A stretch of DNA of 42,140 bases, taken from the NCBI GenBank assembly GCA_937910255.1, contig CALEOQ010000293.1:1-42140 (forward strand), read 5' to 3'. Numbering within the stretch: position 1 is the first letter of the stretch; the number at the start of each line of letters is the position of its first letter. The DNA is from an uncultured Caulobacteraceae bacterium (GTDB taxonomy: Bacteria; Pseudomonadota; Alphaproteobacteria; Caulobacterales; Caulobacteraceae). The notes beneath the pieces are model-generated. The model saw only the letters and a list, made by a program, of their open reading frames with translations. It was not told where the DNA came from and did no database searches. Positions 10,907-25,924 of the stretch are shown here, piece after piece. A program made the translations under genes and the position numbers.

Positions 10907-11284
10907 ATGAACGCGTTCCTTCTGCAGTACCTGCCCATCGTGATTTTCCTGGGAATCGCGGCGGTTCTGGGCCTGGCCTTCGTGCTGGCCGCCGCCGTGC
11001 TGGCGCCCAAGGCGCCCGACCCGGAAAAGCTCTCGACCTACGAGTGCGGCTTCAACGCCTTCGACGATGCGCGGATGAAGTTCGACGTCCGCTTCTACCT
11101 GGTGTCGATCCTCTTCATCATCTTCGACCTCGAGGTCGCGTTCCTGTTCCCCTGGGCCGTCAGCCTGATGAACCTGCCCACCGAAGCCATGCAGTTCGCC
11201 TTCTGGTCGATGATGACCTTCCTCGGCGTGCTGACCGTCGGCTTCATCTATGAATGGAAGAAGGGGGCCCTGGAATGGGAGTGA
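10907..11284 (+). CDS. nuoA: NADH-quinone oxidoreductase subunit A
   Basis: [35 protein letters not shown]. Confidence 0.97.
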   Translation: MNAFLLQYLPIVIFLGIAAVLGLAFVLAAAVLAPKAPDPEKLSTYECGFNAFDDARMKFDVRFYLVSILFIIFDLEVAFLFPWAVSLMNLPTEAMQFAFWSMMTFLGVLTVGFIYEWKKGALEWE

Positions 11285-11835
11285 TCGTTCCGGCCAATTC
11301 GGCCGCCCGCGCCACGGTCGAGGGCTATGACGCCAAGATCCACGACCCCTTCTTCGACGGGGTCAACGACCAGCTGGCCGACAAGGGCTTCATCACCGCG
11401 GCCGCCGACGACCTGATCACCTGGGCGCGCACCGGCTCGCTCATGTGGATGACCTTCGGCCTGGCCTGCTGCGCGGTCGAGATGATGCAGGCCTCGATGC
11501 CGCGCTATGATCTGGAGCGTTACGGCTTCGCGCCCCGCGCCAGCCCGCGCCAGTCCGACGTGATGATCGTCGCCGGCACCCTGTGCAACAAGATGGCTCC
11601 GGCCCTGCGCAAGGTCTACGACCAGATGCCGGATCCGCGCTACGTCATCTCCATGGGCTCCTGCGCCAATGGCGGCGGCTACTACTATTTCAGCTATTCC
11701 GTGGTCCGCGGCTGTGACCGCATCGTGCCGGTGGACATCTATGTCCCGGGCTGCCCGCCCACGGCCGAGGCGCTGGTCTATGGGGTCCTGCAATTGCAGA
11801 AGAAGATCCGCCGGACCGGGACGATCGAACGATGA
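11275..11835 (+). CDS. nuoB: NADH-quinone oxidoreductase subunit B
   Basis: [36 protein letters not shown] (N2 cluster ligands). Confidence 0.97.
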   Translation: MGVIVPANSAARATVEGYDAKIHDPFFDGVNDQLADKGFITAAADDLITWARTGSLMWMTFGLACCAVEMMQASMPRYDLERYGFAPRASPRQSDVMIVAGTLCNKMAPALRKVYDQMPDPRYVISMGSCANGGGYYYFSYSVVRGCDRIVPVDIYVPGCPPTAEALVYGVLQLQKKIRRTGTIER

Positions 11836-12461
11836 GCTGGCCCGTTTCCGCCACTGACCTGCAGGCGCTTGGCCAGGCGATGGTCGCCAATAGCGCCGGC
11901 GCGCTGGCTGGCGCCCATGTGACGTTCGACGAGCTGTCCCTGACGGCGCCCCTGCCGCGCATCGTCGAGGCCCTGACCTTCCTGCGCGACCATCCGGACT
12001 ATCGGTTCGAGGTGCTGATCGACCTGACCGCGGTGGACTATCCTGAGCGCGAGAAGCGCTTCGAGGTGGTCTATCACCTGCTGTCGATGAGCAAGAACCT
12101 GCGGGTGCGGGTCAAGCTGGTGACCGACGAGGACACCCCGGTGCCCACCGCGACTCCAGCCTATCCTTGCGCCAACTGGTATGAGCGCGAGGCCTTCGAC
12201 ATGTACGGGGTCTTCTTCGAAGGCCACCCGGACCTGCGCCGCATCCTCACCGACTATGGCTTCCACGGCCATCCGCTGCGCAAGGACTTCCCGATGAGCG
12301 GCTATGTGGAGCTGCGCTATGACGACGAACTCAAGCGCGTGGTCTATGAGCCGATCAAGATGACCGAGTGGCGCAACTGGGACTTCCTCAGCCCCTGGGA
12401 AGGCGCCGAGCGCGGCTTCGCCGCCCTTCCGGGCGACGAAAAGGCGGAGCCCAAGGCATGA
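11832..12461 (+). CDS. nuoC: NADH-quinone oxidoreductase subunit C
   Basis: [35 protein letters not shown]. Confidence 0.97.
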   Translation: MSWPVSATDLQALGQAMVANSAGALAGAHVTFDELSLTAPLPRIVEALTFLRDHPDYRFEVLIDLTAVDYPEREKRFEVVYHLLSMSKNLRVRVKLVTDEDTPVPTATPAYPCANWYEREAFDMYGVFFEGHPDLRRILTDYGFHGHPLRKDFPMSGYVELRYDDELKRVVYEPIKMTEWRNWDFLSPWEGAERGFAALPGDEKAEPKA

Positions 12462-13693
12462 CCGGCGAAGTCGTCCCTGCGTCCGAGGCCCAGCTGGCCC
12501 ACAGCCCCTCGACCGAAACCGAGATCCGCAAGTTCACCATCAACTTCGGTCCCCAGCACCCGGCCGCGCACGGCGTGCTGCGCCTGATCCTGGAGCTGGA
12601 CGGCGAAGTGGTCGAGCGAGTGGACCCCCATGTGGGCCTGCTCCATCGCGGCACCGAGAAGCTGATGGAGTACCGGCCCTATCAGCAGACGATCCCTTAT
12701 TTCGATCGCCTGGACTATGTGGCCCCGATGAATCAGGAGCACGCCTATGTGCTCGCCATCGAGAAGCTGCTGGCCGTCGAGGTCCCCTACCGCGCCCAGC
12801 TGATCCGGGTGCTGTATTCCGAAATCGGCCGCATCCTGAACCACCTGCTCAACGTCACCACCCAGGCCATGGACGTGGGCGCGCTGACCCCGCCGCTGTG
12901 GGGCTTCGAAGAGCGCGAAAAGCTCATGGTCTTCTATGAGCGGGCGTCCGGCGCGCGGATGCACGCCAACTATTTCCGCGTCGGCGGCGTCCGCCAGGAC
13001 CTGCCCGCCGCCCTGGTGGCCGACATCTCCGCCTGGTGCGAGGCCTTCCCCAAGGCGCTGCACGACATTGACAGCCTGATCACCGGCAACCGCATCTTCA
13101 AACAGCGCAATGTCGATATCGGCGTGGTCAGCAAGCAGGAGGCCCTGGACTGGGGCTTTTCCGGCGTGATGGTGCGCGGCTCGGGCATCGCCTGGGACCT
13201 GCGCCGCAACCAGCCCTATGAGTGCTACAACGAGCTGGAGTTCGATATTCCGCTCGGCGTGAACGGCGACTGCTACGACCGTTATCTCTGCCGCATGGAA
13301 GAGATGCGCCAGTCGGTGCGCATCATGAAGCAGTGCTGCGATCGCCTGGAAAAGACTCCCGGCCCGGTGCTCATCGACGACAACAAGATTGGCGCCCCCC
13401 GCCGCGGCGAGATGAAGCGCTCGATGGAAGCGCTTATCCATCACTTCAAGCTGTTCACCGAGGGCTATCGGACCCCGGCCGGCGAAGTCTATGCCTGCGT
13501 CGAGGCGCCCAAGGGTGAGTTCGGCGTGTTCCTGGTCTCCGACGGGTCCAACAAGCCCTACAAGTGCAAGATCCGCGCGCCCGGCTATCCGCACCTGCAG
13601 GCCATGGACTGGATCAACCGCGGCCACATGCTGGCCGACGTCTCGGCCATTCTCGGCTCGCTGGACATCGTGTTCGGGGAGATCGACCGATGA
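12458..13693 (+). CDS. nuoD: NADH-quinone oxidoreductase subunit D
   Basis: [29 protein letters not shown]-terminal [13 protein letters not shown] overlap with nuoC. Confidence 0.97.
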   Translation: MTGEVVPASEAQLAHSPSTETEIRKFTINFGPQHPAAHGVLRLILELDGEVVERVDPHVGLLHRGTEKLMEYRPYQQTIPYFDRLDYVAPMNQEHAYVLAIEKLLAVEVPYRAQLIRVLYSEIGRILNHLLNVTTQAMDVGALTPPLWGFEEREKLMVFYERASGARMHANYFRVGGVRQDLPAALVADISAWCEAFPKALHDIDSLITGNRIFKQRNVDIGVVSKQEALDWGFSGVMVRGSGIAWDLRRNQPYECYNELEFDIPLGVNGDCYDRYLCRMEEMRQSVRIMKQCCDRLEKTPGPVLIDDNKIGAPRRGEMKRSMEALIHHFKLFTEGYRTPAGEVYACVEAPKGEFGVFLVSDGSNKPYKCKIRAPGYPHLQAMDWINRGHMLADVSAILGSLDIVFGEIDR

Positions 13694-14040
13694 ACGCCGC
13701 AGTGACGCCGGCGCCGGCCGATCTCGCCCAGGGTCAGCTCGACGCCTACAACGCCCAGGACGTGGACGCCCTGTGCGGCTTCTTCGCCCAGGATCTGATC
13801 GTGGCCGACTTCAACGGGGCGGTGACGGTCGAGGGGCTGGAGGCCTTCCGGGCCAAGCATGTGGCCCTGTTCGCCGAGCATCCGCAGAACCGCGCCGAGC
13901 TCGCTCATCGCGTGGTGATCGGCGACCGGGTGATCGATCATGAGCGCGTCTATCGCCAGCCCGGGCCTGTGAGCTTCGAAGTGGCGGCCATCTACACCAT
14001 CGCCGGCGGCAAGATCGCCCGCATCGACTTCGTCAAGTGA
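13690..14040 (+). CDS. SnoaL-like/NTF2-family protein (116 aa) inside the nuo operon
   Basis: [18 protein letters not shown]...VIDHERV...[16 protein letters not shown] pattern. ATGA overlap with nuoD stop; host-like codon usage. Confidence 0.8.
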   Translation: MNAAVTPAPADLAQGQLDAYNAQDVDALCGFFAQDLIVADFNGAVTVEGLEAFRAKHVALFAEHPQNRAELAHRVVIGDRVIDHERVYRQPGPVSFEVAAIYTIAGGKIARIDFVK

Positions 14041-14047
14041 GGGGCAT

Positions 14048-14725
14048 GTGAGCGTTCGTCGTCTTTCGCCCAACCAACCGTCCAGCTTCGCCTTCCAGCC
14101 GGAGACGCTGGAAAAGGCCAAGTGGTGGATCGCCAAGTTCCCAGCCGGCCGCCAGCAGTCGGCGGTCATCCCGATCCTGTGGCTGATCCAGAAGCAGGAC
14201 GGCTGGGTCAGCGAGCCCGCCATCCGCACCGTGGCCGAGATGCTGGGCATGGCCCGCATCCGGGTGCTGGAGGTCGCGACCTTCTACACAATGTTCATGC
14301 TGGAGCCGGTGGGCAGCGTCGCCCTGGTCCAGGTCTGCGGCACCACGCCCTGCCAGCTGCGCGGCTCCGAGAGCCTGATGGCGGTCTGCAAGCGCAGGAT
14401 CGGCGCCAAGGACCACCTGTCGGCGGACGGCAAGTTCTACTGGCAGGAGGTCGAGTGCCTGGGCGCCTGCGCCAATGCGCCCATGGCCGCCATCAATGAC
14501 TATTATTACGAAGACCTGACGCCGGAGAGCTTCGAGGCTCTGTTGGACGACTTCGCGGCCGGCAAGGCGCCGGCCCCGGGCTCGGCCACGAAGCGCCAGG
14601 GCTCGGCGCCCGAAGGCGGGCCGCTGACCCTGTCCGATCCGGCGCTCTATGACGGCTCGGCCGCCAAGCCGATGGCTCTTCCGAATGCCGCGCCCAAGGC
14701 GTCCGAGCCGGAGCCGACGGCGTGA
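14048..14725 (+). CDS. nuoE: NADH-quinone oxidoreductase subunit E
   Basis: [31 protein letters not shown] (2Fe-2S N1a). GTG start. Confidence 0.97.
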   Translation: MSVRRLSPNQPSSFAFQPETLEKAKWWIAKFPAGRQQSAVIPILWLIQKQDGWVSEPAIRTVAEMLGMARIRVLEVATFYTMFMLEPVGSVALVQVCGTTPCQLRGSESLMAVCKRRIGAKDHLSADGKFYWQEVECLGACANAPMAAINDYYYEDLTPESFEALLDDFAAGKAPAPGSATKRQGSAPEGGPLTLSDPALYDGSAAKPMALPNAAPKASEPEPTA

Positions 14726-14931
14726 GCGCGGATGCGGGCATCAAGGCGCGGTTCATGCGCATGGCGGTGATCAATCTGGTCTGCGTGCTGGCGGCGATCG
14801 CCGCGGTGATCGGCGCGCTCGCCACCGGCCAGGACTGGCTGTTCGCCATCTTCGGCGTCGCTCTGGCCGCAGGGTTTGCGGCGCAGATCTGGTTCATCGC
14901 CGCCTTCCGGCGCGCGAAAGAAGGAGTTTGA
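14722..14931 (+). CDS. Small two-TM membrane protein of unknown function (69 aa) between nuoE and nuoF
   Basis: Fills the nuoE-nuoF gap exactly. GTGA overlap with nuoE stop, two hydrophobic helices, host-like codon usage. Confidence 0.72.
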   Translation: MSADAGIKARFMRMAVINLVCVLAAIAAVIGALATGQDWLFAIFGVALAAGFAAQIWFIAAFRRAKEGV

Positions 14932-14936
14932 GGGGC

Positions 14937-16253
<1,317 letters not shown>

Positions 16254-16258
16254 AAGAC

Positions 16259-18298
16259 ATGCCCATCGCAAAGGTCGACGGTGTCGAGGTCGAGTTCGAA
16301 CCCGGCATGACGGTTCTGCAGGTCGCCGAGCTGGCCGGGAAGGAAATCCCGCGCTTCTGCTATCACGAGCGCCTGTCCATCGCCGGCAACTGCCGCATGT
16401 GTCTGGTCGAGGTGAAGCCCGGCCCGCCCAAGCCGCAGGCCTCCTGCGCCCTGCCGGCGGCCGAAGGCCAGGAGATCTTCACCGACACGCCGATGGTCAA
16501 GAAGGCCCGTCACGGCGTGATGGAGTTCCTGCTGATCAACCATCCGCTGGACTGCCCGATCTGCGACCAGGGCGGCGAGTGCGACCTGCAGGACCAGGCC
16601 ATGGGCTATGGCCGCGACGATTCCCGCTATGGCGAGAATAAGCGCGCGGTCGAAGAGAAGTTCATGGGGCCGCTCATCAAGACGGTGATGACCCGCTGCA
16701 TCCAGTGCACCCGCTGCGTGCGCTTCGTCACCGAGGTGGCCGGCGTGCCGGAGATCGGCCTGATCTCGCGGGGCGAAGACGTTGAAATCACGACCTATCT
16801 CGACGCCGCCGTCACGTCGGAGCTGAGCGCCAACGTCATCGACCTCTGCCCGGTCGGCGCCCTGACCTCCAAGCCCTATGCCTTCAACGCCCGGCCCTGG
16901 GAGCTGAAGAAGACCGAGAGCGTCGACGTCATGGACGCCGTGGGCTCGGCCATTCGCGTCGACGCCCGTGGCCCGGCCGTGCTGCGCGTGCTGCCGCGCA
17001 TCAATGACGACGTCAACGAAGAGTGGATCAGCGACAAGACCCGCTACGCCGTCGATGGCCTGTCGCGTCAGCGGCTGGACCGGCCCTACATCCGCGAAAA
17101 CGGCAAGTTGCGCCCGGCCAGCTGGGCCGAGGCCCTGCAGACCGTGGCGGCCAAGGTGAAGGCGACCGCGCCGGAACGCATGGGCGTCATCGCCGGCGAC
17201 CTGCAGGACGCGGAGTCCATGAAGGCGGCGCTGGACCTGTTCGGCGGCCTGGGCGTGACCAGCCTCGACTGCCGCCAGGACGGCATGGCCCTGGGCGACG
17301 GTCCCCGGGAAAGCTGGCTGATGAACTCGACCCTCGCCGGGATCGAGGACGCCGACGTGATCCTGCTGGTCGGGACCAATCCCCGCCTGGAAGCCCCGGT
17401 GTTCAACGCCCGCCTGCGCAAGCGCTGGCTGGCGGGGTCCCTGCGGATCGGTGTCATCGGCGAGCAGGCCGACCTGAGCTATGGCTATGATTATCTGGGC
17501 GCCGGGACCGACACGCTGAGCGGCCTGTCCAAGTCCCGCAGCGAGTTCGCCAAGGCCATCAAGGGCGCCGAGAAGGCCGCCGTGATCCTCGGCGCCGGCG
17601 CTCTGGCGCGCGGCGACGGCGCGGCTGTTGTGAAGGCCGCCGCCGGCGTGGCCAAGACCTTCAAGGCGACCTGGAACGTGCTGCATACGGCTGCGGCCCG
17701 CGTCGGCGGCCTCGACCTGGGCTTCATCCCCCGGGAAGGCGGCAAGAGCGCGCTGGAGCTGACCGCCAAGGGCGGCGCCGACCTGCTGGTGCTGCTGGGC
17801 GCCGACGAGATGGACCTGTCGGCCACCGACGCCTTCGTCGTCTATATGGGCACCCATGGGGACGCTGGCGCGCACCGCGCCGACGTCATCCTGCCCGGCG
17901 CGGCCTATACCGAGAAGAACGGCCTCTATGTGAACACCGAGGGCCGGGTTCAGCGGGGCGAGCGGGCGGTCTTCCCCAAGGGCGAGGCCAAGGAAGACTG
18001 GGCCATCCTGCGGGCGCTGTCCGAACTGCTGGACGCCAAGCTGCCCTATGACAGCCTCGACCAGCTGCGCGCCCGCCTGTTCGCCGACCACCCCACCTTC
18101 GGCCGAATCGACTATGTGCCTGAGGCGCCCGGCGCGCTCGACCTCTCGGTCCTGGGCGGGGAGGGCGATCTGTCGGACACGCCCTTCGCGAGCCCCGTGA
18201 AGGCCTTCTATCTGACCAACCCGATCGCACGCGCCAGCGTGACCATGGCCGAGTGCCAGGCGCTCGTTCCGGGCGCCGAAAAGATCGCCGCGGAGTAG
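16259..18298 (+). CDS. nuoG: NADH-quinone oxidoreductase subunit G
   Basis: IPRFCYHERLSIAGNCRMC, HPLDCPICDQGGECDLQ, RCIQCTRCVRF. Confidence 0.97.
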   Translation: MPIAKVDGVEVEFEPGMTVLQVAELAGKEIPRFCYHERLSIAGNCRMCLVEVKPGPPKPQASCALPAAEGQEIFTDTPMVKKARHGVMEFLLINHPLDCPICDQGGECDLQDQAMGYGRDDSRYGENKRAVEEKFMGPLIKTVMTRCIQCTRCVRFVTEVAGVPEIGLISRGEDVEITTYLDAAVTSELSANVIDLCPVGALTSKPYAFNARPWELKKTESVDVMDAVGSAIRVDARGPAVLRVLPRINDDVNEEWISDKTRYAVDGLSRQRLDRPYIRENGKLRPASWAEALQTVAAKVKATAPERMGVIAGDLQDAESMKAALDLFGGLGVTSLDCRQDGMALGDGPRESWLMNSTLAGIEDADVILLVGTNPRLEAPVFNARLRKRWLAGSLRIGVIGEQADLSYGYDYLGAGTDTLSGLSKSRSEFAKAIKGAEKAAVILGAGALARGDGAAVVKAAAGVAKTFKATWNVLHTAAARVGGLDLGFIPREGGKSALELTAKGGADLLVLLGADEMDLSATDAFVVYMGTHGDAGAHRADVILPGAAYTEKNGLYVNTEGRVQRGERAVFPKGEAKEDWAILRALSELLDAKLPYDSLDQLRARLFADHPTFGRIDYVPEAPGALDLSVLGGEGDLSDTPFASPVKAFYLTNPIARASVTMAECQALVPGAEKIAAE

Positions 18299-18301
18299 GG
18301 C

Positions 18302-19387
18302 ATGGACGCCACCACCAATTTCTGGGCGACGCCGGGCGGCTGGACCCTGCTCGCCGTGGGCCAGATCCTGGCCGTCATGATCTGGATTCTGCTGTCGCTG
18401 GCCTTCCTGCTGCTGGCCGACCGCAAGATCTGGGCCGGCGTGCAGATGCGCAAGGGTCCCAACATGGTGGGCCCGTTCGGCCTGCTGCAGTCCTTCGCCG
18501 ACTTCCTGAAGTTCGTGCTGAAGGAGATCGTCATCCCCGATGGGGCCGACAAGGTGGTCTTCATCCTGGCCCCCCTGATCAGCTTCGTCCTGGCCTTCGC
18601 CGCCTGGGCCGTGGTGCCGCTGGCCCCGGGCTGGGTGGTGTCCGACATCAATGTCGGTGTGCTCTACCTGCTGGCGATCAGTTCGCTGGGCGTCTACGGC
18701 ATCATCATGGGCGGCTGGGCGTCCAACTCGAAATATCCCTTCCTGGGCAGCCTGCGTTCGGCCGCCCAGATGGTCAGCTATGAGGTCTCCATCGGCTTCG
18801 TGATCATCACCGTGATCCTGCTGGCCGGCACCATGAACCTTCAGACCATCGTGGCCCAACAGGCCGGCGGCTTCTGGAACTGGTATGTGTTCGGCGGCGG
18901 GCTCGCCAACCTGCCGATGATCCTGATCATGGTCCCGATGGCCGTGGTCTTCTTCATTTCGGCGCTGGCTGAGACCAACCGCCCGCCCTTCGACCTGCCT
19001 GAGGCGGAGTCCGAGCTCGTGGCCGGCTATCAGGTGGAATACTCCTCCACCCCGTACCTGCTGTTCATGATCGGCGAGTACGCCAACATCGTGCTGATGT
19101 GCGCCATCATCACCATCCTGTTCTTCGGCGGGTGGCAGGCGCCGTTCCCGACGCCGTTCCTCGAGAGCTGGCCGGCCACCGCCCAGAGCTTCTTCGGCTT
19201 CATGTGGTTCTTCGCCAAGACCGTCTTCTTCTTCTTCCTGATCGCCATGGTGAAGGCGATCGTGCCCCGGTACCGCTATGACCAGCTCATGCGGCTCGGA
19301 TGGAAGATCTTCCTGCCGACCTCGCTGGTGGCCGTGGTGCTCGTCGCCGCCTGGCGCGTCTTCGGTCCGGCCCAAGGAGCGATTTGA
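18302..19387 (+). CDS. nuoH: NADH-quinone oxidoreductase subunit H
   Basis: [51 protein letters not shown]. Confidence 0.97.
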   Translation: MDATTNFWATPGGWTLLAVGQILAVMIWILLSLAFLLLADRKIWAGVQMRKGPNMVGPFGLLQSFADFLKFVLKEIVIPDGADKVVFILAPLISFVLAFAAWAVVPLAPGWVVSDINVGVLYLLAISSLGVYGIIMGGWASNSKYPFLGSLRSAAQMVSYEVSIGFVIITVILLAGTMNLQTIVAQQAGGFWNWYVFGGGLANLPMILIMVPMAVVFFISALAETNRPPFDLPEAESELVAGYQVEYSSTPYLLFMIGEYANIVLMCAIITILFFGGWQAPFPTPFLESWPATAQSFFGFMWFFAKTVFFFFLIAMVKAIVPRYRYDQLMRLGWKIFLPTSLVAVVLVAAWRVFGPAQGAI

Positions 19388-19884
19388 TGAGTTTCGCCGC
19401 CCGTATCAGCCAGGCCGCCAAGGGCGCGGCGCTGATGGACTTCATCGGGGCCTTTGGCCTGGGGATGAAGTACATGATGCGCCCCAAGGCCACGGTTATC
19501 TATCCGAACGAGCGCAACCCGCAGTCGCCGCGGTTCCGCGGCGAGCACGCCCTGCGACGCTATCCCAACGGGGAAGAGCGCTGCATCGCCTGCAAGCTGT
19601 GCGAGGCCATCTGCCCGGCCCAGGCCATCACCATCGAGGCCGAGCCCCGGGACGACGGCAGCCGCCGGACGACCCGCTACGACATCGACATGGTCAAGTG
19701 CATCTACTGCGGTCTGTGCCAGGAGGCCTGCCCGGTGGACGCCATCGTCGAGGGGCCGAACCTGGAGTTCGCCACCGAGACGCGGGAAGAACTCTATTAC
19801 GACAAGGAACGCCTGCTCGATAACGGGGACCGTTGGGAGCGGGAAATCGCAAAGAACCTAGAACTCGACGCGCCCTATCGCTAA
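19387..19884 (+). CDS. nuoI: NADH-quinone oxidoreductase subunit I
   Basis: Two CxxCxxCxxxCP ferredoxin motifs ([24 protein letters not shown]). TGATG overlap with nuoH. Confidence 0.97.
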   Translation: MSFAARISQAAKGAALMDFIGAFGLGMKYMMRPKATVIYPNERNPQSPRFRGEHALRRYPNGEERCIACKLCEAICPAQAITIEAEPRDDGSRRTTRYDIDMVKCIYCGLCQEACPVDAIVEGPNLEFATETREELYYDKERLLDNGDRWEREIAKNLELDAPYR

Positions 19885-19988
19885 GAGACAGGCGCGATTC
19901 CGGGGCTTTAGGACGTTGGCGTCCAACCTGGGCCATGCGCCCGGCGGGCGGACCAACCTGATGATTGAGGGGCGAAAGTAGAGCCGTC

Positions 19989-20606
19989 ATGGCCTTGCAG
20001 GCGATCGCATTTTATCTGCTGGCGATAGTCACCATCGGCTCAGGCCTCGCCGTGGTGTCCGTCAGAAATCCCGTGCACTCGGTGCTGTTCCTGATCCTGA
20101 CCTTCTTCTCGGCGGCGGGCCTCTTCCTGCTGCTGGGCGCCGAGTTCCTGGCGATGCTGCTGGTCGTGGTCTATGTGGGCGCCGTCGCGGTGCTGTTCCT
20201 CTTCGTCGTCATGATGCTCGACGTGGACTTCGGCGCGCTCAAGCAGGGCTTCGCCCGCTACATGCCCCTGGGGGGCCTGGTGGCCGGCATCCTGGCGGCA
20301 GAAATGATCGTCGTCGCCACGGCGGTGGCCACCGGCGGGGCGGCCAGCGGGCCGCGGGAGCCGATGGCGGCCCTGGACGGTCTCTCCAACACCGAGACCA
20401 TCGGGCGGGTGCTTTACACCGACTATGTCTACTTCTTCCAAGCGGCGGGGCTCGTGCTGCTGGTGGCCATGATCGGCGCCATCGTGCTGACGCTGCGCCA
20501 CAAGCCGGGCGTGCGCCGTCAGGTGATCGCCGACCAGGTGGCGCGCAACGCCCAGAACGGCATGCGCTCGGTCCAGATCAAGCCGGGCGAGGGGATGGGC
20601 GAATGA
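19989..20606 (+). CDS. nuoJ: NADH-quinone oxidoreductase subunit J
   Basis: [31 protein letters not shown]. Confidence 0.96.
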   Translation: MALQAIAFYLLAIVTIGSGLAVVSVRNPVHSVLFLILTFFSAAGLFLLLGAEFLAMLLVVVYVGAVAVLFLFVVMMLDVDFGALKQGFARYMPLGGLVAGILAAEMIVVATAVATGGAASGPREPMAALDGLSNTETIGRVLYTDYVYFFQAAGLVLLVAMIGAIVLTLRHKPGVRRQVIADQVARNAQNGMRSVQIKPGEGMGE

Positions 20607-20911
20607 CGATCGGTCTCAGTCACTATCTGGCGGTCGCCGCCATCCTGTTCACGATCGGGGTCTTCGGGATCTTCGTGAACCGCAAGAACATCATCGTCAT
20701 CCTGATGTCGATCGAGCTGATCCTGCTGGCGGTGAACATCAACCTCGTCGCCTTCTCGGTCTATCTGCACGACGTGGTGGGGCAGATCTTCGCCATGTTC
20801 GTCCTGACCGTGGCCGCCGCCGAGGCGGCCGTGGGCCTGGCCATCCTCGTCACCTTCTTCCGTAACCGCGGCGGCATCGCCGTGGACGACGCCGCCGTGA
20901 TGAAAGGCTGA
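20603..20911 (+). CDS. nuoK: NADH-quinone oxidoreductase subunit K
   Basis: [28 protein letters not shown]. Confidence 0.97.
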   Translation: MTIGLSHYLAVAAILFTIGVFGIFVNRKNIIVILMSIELILLAVNINLVAFSVYLHDVVGQIFAMFVLTVAAAEAAVGLAILVTFFRNRGGIAVDDAAVMKG

Positions 20912-20919
20912 CGGAGCCC

Positions 20920-22977
<2,058 letters not shown>

Positions 22978-22991
22978 GGCGGGGATAAGTC

Positions 22992-24479
22992 ATGACCGGC
23001 ATTCTCTCGCTCATCACCTACGCGCCCGTCGCGGGCATTGCGGCCATCCTGGCCCTGCGGTTCATCGCGCCTGCGGGAAGCGCCAAGTCGGCTGACCTGG
23101 CCAAGTGGATCGCTCTCGTCACCACCCTGGCGACGCTGGCCCTGTCCCTGGTCATGCTCGGCCAGTTCGACCGCGGCACGGCGGACTTCCAGTTCGTCGA
23201 GGACTTCGCCTGGTTCGGCGGGCTTCACTACCGGATGGGCGTGGACGGCATTTCGGTGCTGTTTGTCGTGCTCACCGCCTTCCTGATGCCGCTCTGCATC
23301 GCCGCCTCCTGGCGCTCGATCGAGCATCGCATCGAGGAATATCTCATCGCCTTCCTGGCGCTGGAGACCCTGGTCATCGGCGTGTTCTGCGCGCTCGACC
23401 TGATCCTCTTCTACGTCTTCTTCGAGTTCGGCCTGGCGCCGATGTTCCTGATCATCGGGGTCTGGGGCGGGAAGAACCGGGTCTATGCGGCCTTCAAGTT
23501 CTTCCTCTACACCCTGCTGGGTTCGGTGCTGATGCTGGCCGCGGTGCTGGGCATGATCGGCATCACCGGCACCTCCTCGATCCCGGAACTGATGACCTAT
23601 GACTTTGGTCAGGAGATCCAGATCTGGCTGTGGCTGGCCTTCTTCGCCTCGTTCGCGGTGAAGATGCCCATGTGGCCGGTGCACACCTGGCTGCCCGACG
23701 CCCACGTGGAGGCGCCCACGGCGGGCTCCGTGATCCTGGCCGGCGTGCTGCTGAAGATGGGCGGCTATGGGTTCATGCGCTTCTCGCTGCCCATGTTCCC
23801 CGACGCCTCGGCCTATTTCACGCCGCTGGTCTTCGCCCTGTCGGTGATCGCCATCGTCTACACCTCGCTGGTCGCCTTCCGGCAGACCGACATCAAGAAG
23901 CTGATCGCCTATTCGTCGGTGGCCCATATGGGCTTCGTGACGCTGGGCATCTTCTCGGGCAACGCCCAGGGCGAGCAGGGCGCCATCTTCCAGATGGTCA
24001 GCCACGGCCTGATCTCCGGCGCCCTCTTCCTCTGCGTCGGCGTGGTCTATGACCGCATGCACACGCGCGAGATCGCCTTCTATGGCGGCCTGGTGAACCG
24101 GATGCCCTGGTACGCGGCGATCTTCCTGCTGTTCACCATGGGCAATGTCGGCCTGCCGGGCACCTCGGGCTTCGTCGGCGAAATCCTGACCATGACCGGC
24201 GCCTATCAAGCCTCGACCTGGGCGGCCATCGTGGCGGCCACCGGCGTCATTCTCTCGGCCGTCTATGCGCTCAGCCTCTATCGCCGGGTCGTGTTCGGCG
24301 AACTCACCAATCCGGCCCTGGCCGAGATCAAGGACCTCAACTGGCGGGAGGTGGCGATCTTCGCCCCCCTGATCCTGGGCACCCTCTATCTCGGCATCTA
24401 TCCGGCCGCCGTTTTCGACATCACCCAGGCCTCGGTCGACAACCTGGTCGCGGTCTACCGCGCTGCGACCGGCGGGTGA
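22992..24479 (+). CDS. nuoM: NADH-quinone oxidoreductase subunit M
   Basis: [44 protein letters not shown]. Confidence 0.97.
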   Translation: MTGILSLITYAPVAGIAAILALRFIAPAGSAKSADLAKWIALVTTLATLALSLVMLGQFDRGTADFQFVEDFAWFGGLHYRMGVDGISVLFVVLTAFLMPLCIAASWRSIEHRIEEYLIAFLALETLVIGVFCALDLILFYVFFEFGLAPMFLIIGVWGGKNRVYAAFKFFLYTLLGSVLMLAAVLGMIGITGTSSIPELMTYDFGQEIQIWLWLAFFASFAVKMPMWPVHTWLPDAHVEAPTAGSVILAGVLLKMGGYGFMRFSLPMFPDASAYFTPLVFALSVIAIVYTSLVAFRQTDIKKLIAYSSVAHMGFVTLGIFSGNAQGEQGAIFQMVSHGLISGALFLCVGVVYDRMHTREIAFYGGLVNRMPWYAAIFLLFTMGNVGLPGTSGFVGEILTMTGAYQASTWAAIVAATGVILSAVYALSLYRRVVFGELTNPALAEIKDLNWREVAIFAPLILGTLYLGIYPAAVFDITQASVDNLVAVYRAATGG

Positions 24480-24492
24480 GGGGGCTTTTGCG

Positions 24493-25923
24493 ATGAATTT
24501 CTCCGCTGATCTGAGCCTCGCCCTGCCTGAGGTGATCCTGGCCGCCGGCGCGCTCGCCCTGCTGGTCTGGGGCGCCTTCCAGAGCCGCGCCAACGCGGTG
24601 TTCAGCCTGGCCGCCGTGGCCCTGCTGGTCGCCGCGGGCGCCGCCGCCGTGCTGGGTCCCATGGGCCGTGGCTTCTCCGGCGGCCTGATCGCCGACCAGG
24701 CCTCGGCCTTCGCCAAGGTGGCCATCTACGCCGCCAGCGCCATCGCCATCCCGCTGGGCCAGCCCTGGTTCCAGCGCCGGGGCGTGAACAATTTCGAGTT
24801 CCCCGTCCTGATCATCCTGGCCGCGCTCGGCATGGGCATGATGGCCTCGGCCGGCGACCTGATCTCGCTCTATATCGGCGTCGAACTCCACTCCCTGGCC
24901 CTCTATGTCCTGGCCGCCATTCACCGGGACAACGCCAAGGCGTCCGAGGCCGGCCTGAAGTATTTCGTCCTCGGCGCCCTGTCCTCGGGCCTGCTGCTCT
25001 ATGGCGCCTCGCTGATCTACGGCTTCGCCGGCTCCACCCATTTCGACATCATCGCCCAGTCGGTCGAGGGCGGCGCAGGCGTCGGCGTGCTGTTCGGCCT
25101 CGTCTTCCTGATCTGCGGCCTGGCCTTCAAGATCTCGGCCGCGCCCTTCCACATGTGGACTCCGGACGTCTATGAGGGCGCGCCGACCCCGGTCGTGGCC
25201 TTCTTCGGCGCGGCCCCCAAGATGGCCGCCATGGTGCTGTTCGCCCGGGTCCTGGCCGAGGGCTTTGGCGGCGCGGCCGACCAATGGCGCCAGATCCTGG
25301 TGATCATCGCGCTGGCCTCGGTGGCCGTCGGCGCCTTCGCGGGCCTCGCCCAGAGCAATCTGAAGCGCCTGTGGGCATATTCCTCGATCGCCAATATCGG
25401 CTACGCGGTGCTGGGCCTCGCCTCAGGCGACGCCGCCGGTATCCAGGCCATGCTGGTCTTCATGGTCCTCTACATGGTGGACGTGACCGGCTTCTTCGCC
25501 TGCCTGGCCGCCCTGTCGCGGGACGGTCGTCCGATGGAGACCATTTCGGACATGGCCGGCCTGTTTAAGGAACGCCCCGGCATCGCCCTGGCCATGAGCG
25601 CATTTTCGCTCTCGGCGCTGGGGCTGCCGCCCTTTTCGGGGTTCTGGGCCAAGTTCTATGTGTTCAAGGCGGCCATCGGCGCGGGCCTCGGCGTCGCCGC
25701 GGTCGTGGCCCTGGTCGGCAGCGTGGTGGCGGCCTTCTACTATCTGCGCCTGATCAAGGTGATGTGGTTCGATCCCGCGGCTGGCGCCACCGACACCCCG
25801 CCGTTGGAGGCCAAGGCGATCGCCATCGCGCTGGCCCTGTTCACCTTCCCGGTCGTGCTGGTGGCCCTGACCTTCATCGATCCGCTGGCTGCGGCTGCGG
25901 CCGCCGCCTTCGGTCTGGCCTGA
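24493..25923 (+). CDS. nuoN: NADH-quinone oxidoreductase subunit N
   Basis: EAGLKYFVLG, FKISAAPFHMWTPDVYEGAPTP, GLPPFSGFWAK. Confidence 0.97.
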   Translation: MNFSADLSLALPEVILAAGALALLVWGAFQSRANAVFSLAAVALLVAAGAAAVLGPMGRGFSGGLIADQASAFAKVAIYAASAIAIPLGQPWFQRRGVNNFEFPVLIILAALGMGMMASAGDLISLYIGVELHSLALYVLAAIHRDNAKASEAGLKYFVLGALSSGLLLYGASLIYGFAGSTHFDIIAQSVEGGAGVGVLFGLVFLICGLAFKISAAPFHMWTPDVYEGAPTPVVAFFGAAPKMAAMVLFARVLAEGFGGAADQWRQILVIIALASVAVGAFAGLAQSNLKRLWAYSSIANIGYAVLGLASGDAAGIQAMLVFMVLYMVDVTGFFACLAALSRDGRPMETISDMAGLFKERPGIALAMSAFSLSALGLPPFSGFWAKFYVFKAAIGAGLGVAAVVALVGSVVAAFYYLRLIKVMWFDPAAGATDTPPLEAKAIAIALALFTFPVVLVALTFIDPLAAAAAAAFGLA

Positions 25924-25924
25924 T

